Virus record (IMG/VR): IMGVR_UViG_3300028275_000007
DNA length: 64,000 bases
Source of the DNA: a virus
Lineage: Duplodnaviria; Caudoviricetes
Strand: one strand, 5' to 3'
The notes beneath the pieces are model-generated. The model ran no database searches, was not told the origin of the DNA, and was given only the letters and a program-made list of their open reading frames with translations. This document shows, one piece after another, positions 38,671-47,096 of this stretch (position 1 is its first letter; each line of letters begins with the position of its first letter). Both the position numbers and the translations under genes were made by a program.

Positions 38671-39063
38671 ATGGAACTTATTGATTGGATCACACTAGCT
38701 ATATTCTTTGCCCTGGGTTGGTTCCTAGGTAACAGGGCTGCGACCCGCATTCATCTCACTGCTTTCTCCATGATCCTCAAGGAGTTGGGCGTGAAGAATC
38801 AGGATTTGATTCGTGTGGCTCGTGCCAATGGCCTCACTATCCCTGAACCTGAGCATGATGAACCTGAGTTAGATCACATCGAAATCAAGGTGGAAAAGCA
38901 CGGTGAAATGCTCTATGCTTTCCGCAAGGACAACGATCGGTTCCTAGGCCAAGGCACTTCACGTGAAGAACTCATCAATCGTATGGCTGAGTCACTGCGC
39001 AATGTTCGCTGTACCGTAGTGGAAGGCAATGAGTATATGATCAAGGATAGCCCTACAAGCTAA
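38671..39063 (+). CDS. N-terminal TM protein
   Basis: Promoter plus GGAGAGCG; N-terminal TM helix. Confidence 0.65.
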   Translation: MELIDWITLAIFFALGWFLGNRAATRIHLTAFSMILKELGVKNQDLIRVARANGLTIPEPEHDEPELDHIEIKVEKHGEMLYAFRKDNDRFLGQGTSREELINRMAESLRNVRCTVVEGNEYMIKDSPTS

Positions 39064-39135
39064 AGGGTTATTACAAATTGGTTGACAGATTGGCTGTTTG
39101 GGCATACAATATACACATACTAACAAGGAGCGAAG

Positions 39136-39318
39136 ATGTTAACAAACAAGCAAAACCAGCAACTGCTCAGGGCTGTGGAACTACTGCAGGAAGCAGACGC
39201 ATTGGTACAGTCAGCAATGGGCGCCAGCGACGAATGCTACTACATCCACACACAAATTGAAAACTCAGCGGATGACGTGCTGGACTTTATACAAGAGAAC
39301 ACTGAAGAGGCAGCGTAA
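39136..39318 (+). CDS. early small protein
   Basis: Promoter plus GGAGCGAA. Confidence 0.65.
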   Translation: MLTNKQNQQLLRAVELLQEADALVQSAMGASDECYYIHTQIENSADDVLDFIQENTEEAA

Positions 39319-39629
39319 TGGAAGCCCTACAGGAAACCACTGGGGGGCAGTTTCCTGCCCACACTTACCTACTCGATGGCACAACGCTGGTTGCCTATAT
39401 CAAGCAAGGGGAAACTACGCCATTCTATTTCAAGTCAGGAATCAAAGGCTTCGACAAGCGAGGCCGGAAGTTCCAAACCGTAACACCAAACCCATTCAAA
39501 GTAAAGGCATCAAATGACACACGCACAGTCCAAGGCTCAAACGGCAAAACTTACACAGTCAACGACGCAGAGAAAACCTGTACCTGTCCAGGATTTACAT
39601 TTAGAGGTGCCTGCAAACACCTGGGCTAA
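39318..39629 (+). CDS. SWIM zinc-finger protein
   Basis: CTCPGFTFRGACKH. Confidence 0.75.
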   Translation: MEALQETTGGQFPAHTYLLDGTTLVAYIKQGETTPFYFKSGIKGFDKRGRKFQTVTPNPFKVKASNDTRTVQGSNGKTYTVNDAEKTCTCPGFTFRGACKHLG

Positions 39630-39669
39630 TATGGTTGACAGATTGGTAAAAGGCTGTTAAAATACACAT

Positions 39670-39894
39670 ATGATAAACAACTTACTCCAATGGTCCGGTA
39701 CTGCATTCCTCTTAGGAATGTATGTGGTTATGAACTTCTTCCACACTCTGCATCCTCTGCAGATCGTCTTGGGACTCTGCGGTGGCCTGTGCTATTTTGC
39801 TTGGAGCTACCGTGTGGCAAATAAGCCACAGATGATCGTTAACCTAGCGGGCATATCCGTATGCGCCGCAGGGTTATTCCACTATTTTGGTTGA
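39670..39894 (+). CDS. three-TM membrane protein
   Basis: Hydrophobic, own promoter. Confidence 0.6.
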   Translation: MINNLLQWSGTAFLLGMYVVMNFFHTLHPLQIVLGLCGGLCYFAWSYRVANKPQMIVNLAGISVCAAGLFHYFG

Positions 39895-39946
39895 CAGTTT
39901 GGGCTAAAGATCCTATACTATAAACACTGAAACAAAGGAGCGAACA

Positions 39947-40060
39947 ATGATCAAACTCATCGGATGGATTGCAGTTACCTGGGCTCTGTTCCACTTTGGC
40001 ATTGCTCAGGCCATCTTAATCACGGCCGCTGCTGCGGGAACCATAGTCTTCGGAGGTTGA
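39947..40060 (+). CDS. 37-aa hydrophobic peptide (not in ORF track)
   Basis: Promoter plus GGAGCGAA. Confidence 0.55.
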   Translation: MIKLIGWIAVTWALFHFGIAQAILITAAAAGTIVFGG

Positions 40061-40061
40061 T

Positions 40062-40322
40062 GTGTCAGGTTGGGTAGTCTACGATCAGCGTTCGGGTCAT
40101 ATGCAGAAGTATTACAAGCTGGCTGCAACTGCGAAAAGGATCGTCACACAGCACAACACAGAACGCGAGTATGATTGGGGCGATGGCTCAGGCAGCTACA
40201 CCTATCGTCCTCAGAGTCTTTGGGCCTGCTGCTCCTATGCAGACTACGAAGGGATTCTAATGGGTCTGCGTGGGGAAGCGTTTAAGATGTGGCAGTTTGT
40301 GCGCAATAACCCTAGAGGTTGA
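40062..40322 (+). CDS. hypothetical protein
   Basis: GTG start with GGAGG RBS. Confidence 0.55.
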   Translation: MSGWVVYDQRSGHMQKYYKLAATAKRIVTQHNTEREYDWGDGSGSYTYRPQSLWACCSYADYEGILMGLRGEAFKMWQFVRNNPRG

Positions 40323-40585
40323 CAGGTCTTCCAAAAGACAGTATAATTGACACATACACAAACAAACAAGGAGCGAAAGATGATCAATCAAGACCTTAGA
40401 GTAATCGCAGGAATCCAAGAACGCCTGGGCCAACTGCCCGTGCTGGAAACCCTGATCTATATCGAAAACAACACTGGCGAGTTCACTATCGCTGAACTGC
40501 GTAGTTTCTACAACGTGATGTCACAATTCCGTGCGCTGTTTGCTGCCGCCTAAAGACCCTAGAGGTTGACAGGTCTTCCAAAAGA
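40309..40585 (+). repeat. 30-bp direct repeat spanning two promoters
   Basis: ACCCTAGAGGTTGACAGGTCTTCCAAAAGA at 40309-40338 and 40556-40585. Confidence 0.9.
40380..40553 (+). CDS. early small protein
   Basis: Promoter plus GGAGCGAA. Confidence 0.6.
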   Translation: MINQDLRVIAGIQERLGQLPVLETLIYIENNTGEFTIAELRSFYNVMSQFRALFAAA

Positions 40586-40623
40586 TCGTATAATACACGC
40601 ATATTAACAAATAGGGAGCGCAA

Positions 40624-40860
40624 ATGAAACACAACGAAGTTCAACTCTACAAGAACATCGGCTCTATCCAGGCAGTCGAGGGTGACGAAGGCCGCTACTA
40701 CTTCTACCGTCACTTTGCCACAGGTAACACCTGCGATGAAGACACCATCAAAGGCGCCAAAGAGATGTTGGATTGGGAAGAAAAGAACTATCAAGAAGTA
40801 CAGGCCGCGATCCGTGTGCTTCAGGGCCGTGGCTATCGTGTGTTCAAAGAAGTGGCCTAA
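40624..40860 (+). CDS. early small protein
   Basis: Promoter plus GGAGCG. Confidence 0.65.
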   Translation: MKHNEVQLYKNIGSIQAVEGDEGRYYFYRHFATGNTCDEDTIKGAKEMLDWEEKNYQEVQAAIRVLQGRGYRVFKEVA

Positions 40861-40926
40861 ATTGGTTGACAAACGGCCAGTTCGATCGTATAATATACAC
40901 ATACACTAAACAACTAGGAGCTGAAA

Positions 40927-41109
40927 ATGGTTACAGAAGGTCAGGGAATGTTTGTCGTCATAGTAGGACTTGTGATCACTATGTTGGGCACAGGTGGTGT
41001 AGAGAATAGCATCACCAACACAGAGCTGCTACAGGCCCTAGCTGTTGCAGTAACTGGACTAGGTGCAATGTATGCAGGTACACTTATGATCCAGAGGGCT
41101 CAGCAATGA
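40927..41109 (+). CDS. two-TM small membrane protein
   Basis: Promoter plus GGAGCT. Confidence 0.6.
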   Translation: MVTEGQGMFVVIVGLVITMLGTGGVENSITNTELLQALAVAVTGLGAMYAGTLMIQRAQQ

Positions 41110-41333
41110 CTATAGAACTACACGGACTTAATCGTCAACAACATCAGATCGCAGACATGATCTGGAGCTGTGAATCGCAAGCAGATGTTGAGCGGCTTAT
41201 ACGGAACCTGCCCCCCGCATATCAAAAGGATGCTGTAGTCATACACGATCTAATGATCGCTGCTGTGATGGATCAACATATGGAGATCACTGAAGATGTT
41301 CGTGCGCTTATTCGTAGCCTTAGCTCTAGCTAA
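41106..41333 (+). CDS. hypothetical protein
   Basis: ATGA overlap. Confidence 0.6.
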   Translation: MTIELHGLNRQQHQIADMIWSCESQADVERLIRNLPPAYQKDAVVIHDLMIAAVMDQHMEITEDVRALIRSLSSS

Positions 41334-41496
41334 TCTAGCTGCCTGTACAGCCTACGATCGTAGAGACGCAGCTTGGTCACGGCCCTATCATCAGAAGTTT
41401 GATCAGATTCCCAATCAACCTGGCGAGGCTCTTCGACGCTGTGGAGGTCAGGTTAGACCTGAACTGAGGACACCGGAGATGACCGACCGGTGCTGA
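41296..41496 (+). CDS. putative lipoprotein
   Basis: LALANLAA|C lipobox. Confidence 0.5.
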   Translation: MFVRLFVALALANLAACTAYDRRDAAWSRPYHQKFDQIPNQPGEALRRCGGQVRPELRTPEMTDRC

Positions 41497-41658
41497 GGTG
41501 GTGGGGGGTGGCCGGTATAGTGTGTATACTATAGTAGTAGTTTTACTAGCGGTATGGGGTCTAAAATCACCACCCTGAAATGAAAAGTACTCCACCCAAA
41601 TTTTTTGCGCGGCCAAATTTTTGACCTCTAAAACCCTTTTCTTAGTATATACTAGTCT

Positions 41659-42159
41659 ATGCTTTATACACCCAAATATCAACAGATGCTGGTTCAAGAA
41701 CATCTGCGCAGACCCTGGGGCGATGTTGGTCATCGTTACTCTGAACATATCTTAGAGCTTTATCATCAATACTCCTGTGCGCACATCTTGGACTACGGCT
41801 GTGGACAAGCTCTGCTCAGTAAAAAAATCGGCGATCTAGTCCCTGTGGATAACTATGATCCCGGAATCCCAGCTTATTCTACTCTGCCACAACCTAGAGA
41901 TCTCGTAGTCTGCGTAGATGTCTTAGAGCACATAGAACCTCAGTGTATTCACTCAGTCTTGGCACATCTACAGTCTTTGACTCTAAAAGTAGCCTATGTT
42001 AACATATCGTCAGTGCCTGCACGTAGTTCATTCCCTAACGGACAAAATCTTCATCTTATACAAGAACCCCTAGAATGGTGGCTAAGTCAGCTTAGTCAGT
42101 ACTTTACTCTTGGCTCTGTTACTAACAATCTAGTTATATGCCACAGTACGCACTCCTAA
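41659..42159 (+). CDS. class I SAM-dependent methyltransferase
   Basis: ILDYGCGQ, YDPG, CVDVLEHI. Confidence 0.85.
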   Translation: MLYTPKYQQMLVQEHLRRPWGDVGHRYSEHILELYHQYSCAHILDYGCGQALLSKKIGDLVPVDNYDPGIPAYSTLPQPRDLVVCVDVLEHIEPQCIHSVLAHLQSLTLKVAYVNISSVPARSSFPNGQNLHLIQEPLEWWLSQLSQYFTLGSVTNNLVICHSTHS

Positions 42160-42323
42160 ACTCTGATCCCCAGCTTAGAGAATTCTTTGCTTTTATAGAG
42201 CAACACAGTCTCCGTCACGAAATCCACTTAAATCGTACTCGTGTATGGATTGATTCCAGTCCTATATTAACTGAGTTTTTACTACGGTTTACTTCAGTGT
42301 TTCGTGTTCTAGATGATATATAG
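42138..42323 (+). CDS. hypothetical protein
   Basis: Coupled ORF. Confidence 0.5.
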   Translation: MPQYALLNSDPQLREFFAFIEQHSLRHEIHLNRTRVWIDSSPILTEFLLRFTSVFRVLDDI

Positions 42324-42589
42324 TGTATGCAGACATTTAGTCCCCACCCCGATTGGCGCCGAACCTTTGAGTTTACGGCGCAGTATGTATCCACTCTAGA
42401 TCTGTCATTTAAACCGGATCCCATTCTAGCTCATAAGCAGACTCTAGAGTTTGTCATAGATCCTGTTATACACAAGTTCAGTCTCGCCAATGCACAGATT
42501 CATAACTCATCAACATCAGTGGCTTAAACGACGCAAACTGCCCTTGGGATCTCACATAGATATAAGGGTTTGATGTAAATACTAGTGTA

Positions 42590-42853
42590 ATGCTACTTGT
42601 GTACCTAGAGCCATTTCGCCAGTCGCAGATTACCTTACTTAATTCTTGGCGCGACTCAGTACACTATTGGCCTCGTAGTTATGCTCACACTGATGCCTAT
42701 AACTCTGCTATTCCCACAGACTACTGGCTGCTTTTTGGAGTGCCAAAATTGGCCACACAATGGCTTCTACAGTATCCTGAACACTCGCGTATAATGCGCA
42801 CTCTGTTCGAAGACTTTGATCAAGATTTACTGACTAAATTCTCTTGTAGATAG
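42590..42853 (+). CDS. hypothetical protein
   Basis: TAAATA 42576-42581 upstream. Confidence 0.5.
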   Translation: MLLVYLEPFRQSQITLLNSWRDSVHYWPRSYAHTDAYNSAIPTDYWLLFGVPKLATQWLLQYPEHSRIMRTLFEDFDQDLLTKFSCR

Positions 42854-42885
42854 GGCTTCTGCGGATATATGCGCAGATAATTCTT

Positions 42886-43509
42886 CTAAAAAATCTTGCG
42901 CTGCTGCGCTTCGCGCTCAGGAATTTGCGCTGCGGCTTCGCCGACTCTATAGAAATTACTTCCCCAAGATCTAGGCATTGCATTAAAGCTCAGAGTTTTT
43001 CTTGGTTCTTCGCTGGTGTGTGCTGTGGTTGAGTGCTGTAGATAACTGGGCCATAGGAGTAGATCACCTTGTTCTACGGGCAGTATGACTTCTGTCTGTG
43101 ACCAGGCTGTGGGCCTTTGATCCAGTTTCATAGTCCAGTGTGTAGATGAGTTTAAGCCCTGTTTGTGAAATCTAATCTCTGTTTCGGGTGTTGACCAATA
43201 CCAAGTTCCCGACACTATGGAATTAGGGTGGCTGTGCTGATGTATGGAGTCGCCGGTATTATAGACATTGATCCAACTTTCTGTGATGTAGAGTGTATCC
43301 GTGATGCCCAGAACCTGTTCAGCCCACTGTTGAACCCTTTGTTCAATTATTTGGTGTAGATCTGGAACTGTGTCCAAAACTCTCTGGGACAGGGAGTAAC
43401 AGTGATTGGTCTGATATTCACAGGGAATCTGATCAAGCTGCTGTTGCCAGGTTCCGGGCCAAATCTGTTGGCGAGTCACGGGTTCGGAAAATAAGCCTAG
43501 GGTCTGCAT
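42886..43509 (-). CDS. 2OG-Fe(II) oxygenase (TIGR02466-like)
   Basis: SWINVY..HQHSHPNSIVSGTWY, GDLLLWPSYLQH, RKTLSFN. Confidence 0.85.
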   Translation of the reverse strand: MQTLGLFSEPVTRQQIWPGTWQQQLDQIPCEYQTNHCYSLSQRVLDTVPDLHQIIEQRVQQWAEQVLGITDTLYITESWINVYNTGDSIHQHSHPNSIVSGTWYWSTPETEIRFHKQGLNSSTHWTMKLDQRPTAWSQTEVILPVEQGDLLLWPSYLQHSTTAHTSEEPRKTLSFNAMPRSWGSNFYRVGEAAAQIPEREAQQRKIF

Positions 43510-43565
43510 ATCAATATTTAATTCACTGACCAGTTTATGGGATAAGTATGTGACAAGGAGATACT

Positions 43566-44153
43566 ATGACTGAAGAACTGTTGCCTAAACTGACTCAAAT
43601 TGATGACCTTTTTGAGGGTCAGGTCCGGGGCTGGCTAGCTGAACGCATCGGCAACCCATTGACTAATTGGGGATTTTTTCCTCCAGAAATGGCCCGAGAT
43701 ATTCGCAGATACGACTGGCACCAATATACCAATGTGGTCTATGACAACGACACCGTGATCAACGAAGAACTAATGGACATCTGTCAAATGATCCTATTCC
43801 GAGCCTTGGATCATCAGGGCAAAAACCTAAGTAGAATTTTTAAAATAAGAGTAGTTAATTCTCTACCCGGAGATCGTGGCAATAGCCAACCGCACATTGA
43901 CATCACAGGCCCACATCAAACTGGCATTTATTTCCCCATGGATTCCGACGGCACCACAGACATTCTTCGTGAACGTTCTTGGATGCAGGACTGGGAATTA
44001 CCCCAGAATTTGGAGAACATTGTGCATCGTCTAGAACCCCGTGGTGGTACTTGGTACGACTTTGACGGCACACACTGGCGCTGGACTGGACGTCCTCAAG
44101 AACATCAACAGCGTATCTGTGTGATCTTCAATTACACAACCACAAGGGTATAA
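43566..44153 (+). CDS. 2OG-Fe(II) oxygenase-like protein
   Basis: PHID, GIYF..DSDG.T, H, RICVIFN. Confidence 0.7.
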   Translation: MTEELLPKLTQIDDLFEGQVRGWLAERIGNPLTNWGFFPPEMARDIRRYDWHQYTNVVYDNDTVINEELMDICQMILFRALDHQGKNLSRIFKIRVVNSLPGDRGNSQPHIDITGPHQTGIYFPMDSDGTTDILRERSWMQDWELPQNLENIVHRLEPRGGTWYDFDGTHWRWTGRPQEHQQRICVIFNYTTTRV

Positions 44154-44177
44154 ATATACTATTACAGGAGACGACCC

Positions 44178-44369
44178 GTGATAGCATATAGAGTAATGGC
44201 CCGAAATTTAAAAACACGCATTAGAATAGAAAGACAGCAGATCGACGGCCGTCTAATCACCAACGAAGACCTTGCCTGGAGATTGGCCCAAGATTTTGCT
44301 GTTCAACAAGAGCAGCGAACGCTGGATCAATGGAAGGCAGAAGTTGAATCATACACACCCAGAAGCTAA
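44178..44369 (+). CDS. hypothetical late protein
   Basis: TATAAATA 44149-44156, AGGAG RBS, GTG start. Confidence 0.55.
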   Translation: MIAYRVMARNLKTRIRIERQQIDGRLITNEDLAWRLAQDFAVQQEQRTLDQWKAEVESYTPRS

Positions 44370-45267
44370 AAAAGATCCTCGCAGACTATGGATATTTGGT
44401 GATAGCTGGTCTGCGCTGTGGCCCGATCGCGATCCTATTCGCGTATGGACACGTCAACTGAGTCACGCCTTGGCCACTGAGCTAGGTGAAGTAATACAGT
44501 TACGCAATAATTCATTGGTAGGTTCTGCACAGGACTGGGCCCTAAATGAATTCCTAAAAGTTGTTCATTTAATAGATCCCAATGACATTGTGATCTTTAT
44601 TCTAACCAGTCCAGCAAGATTTTGGTACTTTGAAGATGAACCTACGATCAGTAACTGGAATATCATGGATCTTGATCAACACATATCTTCAGAACAGGCC
44701 AAGGCCATTGAACTGTTTATCAAGCACATACAAAGACCACACATTGATAGTCTAGCAATGCGATCGCGCCTAGGACTCATTGCCTACGAAATTGCCAGAA
44801 GAGGTCTAAATCGTGCTCTAGTTATTCCGGGCTTTGATATGGACCTAGTTGGCTGCGATCAATATGAACATCTGTTGTTTGCTCAGGGAAATTTATCTTT
44901 TATTCAATGGGGCGAATACAAGGATAAGAAAAAACTAGATGAAATGCTGGACCAAGGACACTCGGGATATTTCCAGGGCGGAGACTGTAGATACAATCAT
45001 ATGTGCCTGTGCAATCACGATGTCCTAGTTAAAAAGATTCTAGACACCTTGGTCAAAGGTCAACCCTTGGATCTTACCTCAGGATTTCATACAGAGCTGA
45101 TTGGTCCAGATTGGCTGTCTGACCAGGATCTTGTCGAAGGTGAATTGAATCCCCAGGCCGTAGAATTCTTTATCAAAGAAATACAGACTTCAAAATGGAA
45201 CCTGCCTTGGAAAAAGCGGTCTGGGGTAGAAAAAGTTATGCAGTCTAGAGGATACCACGCTGGTTAG
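44272..45267 (+). CDS. SGNH/GDSL-like protein (start uncertain)
   Basis: IFGDSW block I, GS block II, NH near the C-terminus. Confidence 0.55.
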   Translation: MPGDWPKILLFNKSSERWINGRQKLNHTHPEAKKDPRRLWIFGDSWSALWPDRDPIRVWTRQLSHALATELGEVIQLRNNSLVGSAQDWALNEFLKVVHLIDPNDIVIFILTSPARFWYFEDEPTISNWNIMDLDQHISSEQAKAIELFIKHIQRPHIDSLAMRSRLGLIAYEIARRGLNRALVIPGFDMDLVGCDQYEHLLFAQGNLSFIQWGEYKDKKKLDEMLDQGHSGYFQGGDCRYNHMCLCNHDVLVKKILDTLVKGQPLDLTSGFHTELIGPDWLSDQDLVEGELNPQAVEFFIKEIQTSKWNLPWKKRSGVEKVMQSRGYHAG

Positions 45268-45701
45268 TGGTATAGGTAGTTTACACTATCTTCGTTTTCT
45301 CTATGAATCTCAGCACCGTTTTTCAAGTGAAATCTCTTGGCCATTTCTGTCTTAGGACTTAGAGTAACATAGGTTTCCACTTCAGGGTGTTCCTTTTTAA
45401 TGTGCTCTTGAGCCTGTTCGATTAGAGTACGGCCTGCACCAGCAGCATATGACCAAATAGTATAGAATACTGCGGTATTTGTGTTAATTGCAGCTTCGGC
45501 TAGATCGTTCACAGAACTAGGAATTTTTTCTAAGAACTTTACGCAGGTCACTGCCAGAGGTTCTTGTGTGGTTTCGTCGCGAAGAACAAAGATTTTTGAG
45601 TTTTGATTAACTCTTTGTTCAACGGGAATTTCAGGACGAACAGGATCGTCTTTGATTAAATTAAGTAGATTATCTGATAAGTCTTGGATGATGTGTAACA
45701 T
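45264..45701 (-). CDS. minimal malonyl-CoA-decarboxylase-like (GNAT-fold) protein
   Basis: TAVFYTI, VTLSP, RFHLKNGA correspond to MCD motifs TAIFYSI, TLSP, ARFHLGNGA. Confidence 0.6.
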   Translation of the reverse strand: MLHIIQDLSDNLLNLIKDDPVRPEIPVEQRVNQNSKIFVLRDETTQEPLAVTCVKFLEKIPSSVNDLAEAAINTNTAVFYTIWSYAAGAGRTLIEQAQEHIKKEHPEVETYVTLSPKTEMAKRFHLKNGAEIHRENEDSVNYLYH

Positions 45702-45750
45702 TTTTGTGCCCCATAATATGCGTATTTATATTATAAGACAAAAAATGTCA

Positions 45751-46464
45751 TTAGTCAAGCGGTTGTATAGCCTGTTCTAGAGAAAGTTCTTGATCTTCCA
45801 ATTCTCTAATTTTGTCAGTGAGCTCGTCGATAAGTCCAAGGTTACGAAGTATTTTGAATACAAGATTTTCTACTGACCACTCGCCCGCACGTTCCAATCC
45901 GCTCTTGCGCATCTGTGTAACTTTATCTTTTACTGTGCGTAACTTATCGATATCCTTGCTCAATAATGCGTGTTCGATCTGACGCAGTATTGCATCTTTT
46001 TTGGCTTCAATTGCAGCATCGTCTACTTGAGGTTTTACCTTCTTGGGCTCTACGAGCCACTTATCATCTAACAGAGAAAAAACGCCTGTTGAGTGATGTG
46101 GTTCATCTGCGCCTTGTACGTAGCATTCTACGGGCAAGCCTTTGATAGTGATGTCGTGTTGTTCTGCCCAAAGTGCCTTTTTAGCGGAAAATAATTCACG
46201 TTGTTCGTCTGTTGCTGTGCCTGGGATGATAATGTGTAAATCTAGATCTGAATACTGTGTCCAAGTATAATTAGCATTAGATCCGGTGATTGTGTAATCT
46301 TCTACTTCTAGATCAATGCCTACAAATTCTTCAAAGGCGTGTGCAATTTCAATTAATTTATTTCTAACTTCTGGATTGAGTTTGTCACTTGCCCAAATTT
46401 TAGGGTTTAGTTTTGAGTTTACGGTAACAAAATCTGAAGATTCATCTAATTCACGTAAACGCAT
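45751..46464 (-). CDS. Pol-beta superfamily nucleotidyltransferase with capsid-targeting-like leader
   Basis: MRLRELDE|S; ITGSNANY..YSDLDLHI; VECY. Confidence 0.75.
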   Translation of the reverse strand: MRLRELDESSDFVTVNSKLNPKIWASDKLNPEVRNKLIEIAHAFEEFVGIDLEVEDYTITGSNANYTWTQYSDLDLHIIIPGTATDEQRELFSAKKALWAEQHDITIKGLPVECYVQGADEPHHSTGVFSLLDDKWLVEPKKVKPQVDDAAIEAKKDAILRQIEHALLSKDIDKLRTVKDKVTQMRKSGLERAGEWSVENLVFKILRNLGLIDELTDKIRELEDQELSLEQAIQPLD

Positions 46465-46465
46465 A

Positions 46466-46846
46466 TTAAACTCCGTATTTGTTACGTTTTGGCTTTGCTA
46501 CAGAACTTGTTATATTAACATCTTTAGCTTCGGTTGATTTTGGAGTGCTAATTAGTTTAACGGCACCTGCGTGAACTTCTTTTGCTGCCTGCTTGACCAT
46601 TTTTTCGCTTTCGTTGTCATATGCTACAACAATAGCGTTTTCGCCCCAAGGAGTGTTAGGGGAAAACTGGTCTCGATCTGCAGGCTTACTTCCACCTGCT
46701 CTAGCTAGGGCCATACCAAATCTGTATTGTTTGTACGGATCTTGGTTCTGTAATGATGGAATAGAAAAGGTTGATGGTAGTGCATCAGCAACATCGTCTT
46801 GGATACTGCCTTCTCTAGCTTCGTTAATAAATTCTTTGGCTCGCAT
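46466..46846 (-). CDS. late protein with capsid-targeting-like leader
   Basis: MRAKEFINE|A; TAAATA 46852-46857. Confidence 0.7.
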   Translation of the reverse strand: MRAKEFINEAREGSIQDDVADALPSTFSIPSLQNQDPYKQYRFGMALARAGGSKPADRDQFSPNTPWGENAIVVAYDNESEKMVKQAAKEVHAGAVKLISTPKSTEAKDVNITSSVAKPKRNKYGV

Positions 46847-46850
46847 ATCA

Positions 46851-47096
46851 TTATTTAGCCCACATTAGATAGTAAGTAGCTAAGGTGCGTTCATCGTAGA
46901 ATTCTGCTATTAAACGACAATACATATCGTTTCTTTCAAGCACAACCTGACAATTAGTATGATTTTGATTTAACAACCATTTAGTATGATCTACACCAAT
47001 CGTACGGTGTACTTTAGGCCAATCGATTTCAATATATTCGCCCTCGTGTGGTAACCACTTTAACAGCTCTACCTTAGATGTCTTCATCATCACCAC
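46851..47096 (-). CDS. hypothetical protein
   Basis: Coupled to the helicase. Confidence 0.55.
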   Translation of the reverse strand: MVMMKTSKVELLKWLPHEGEYIEIDWPKVHRTIGVDHTKWLLNQNHTNCQVVLERNDMYCRLIAEFYDERTLATYYLMWAK

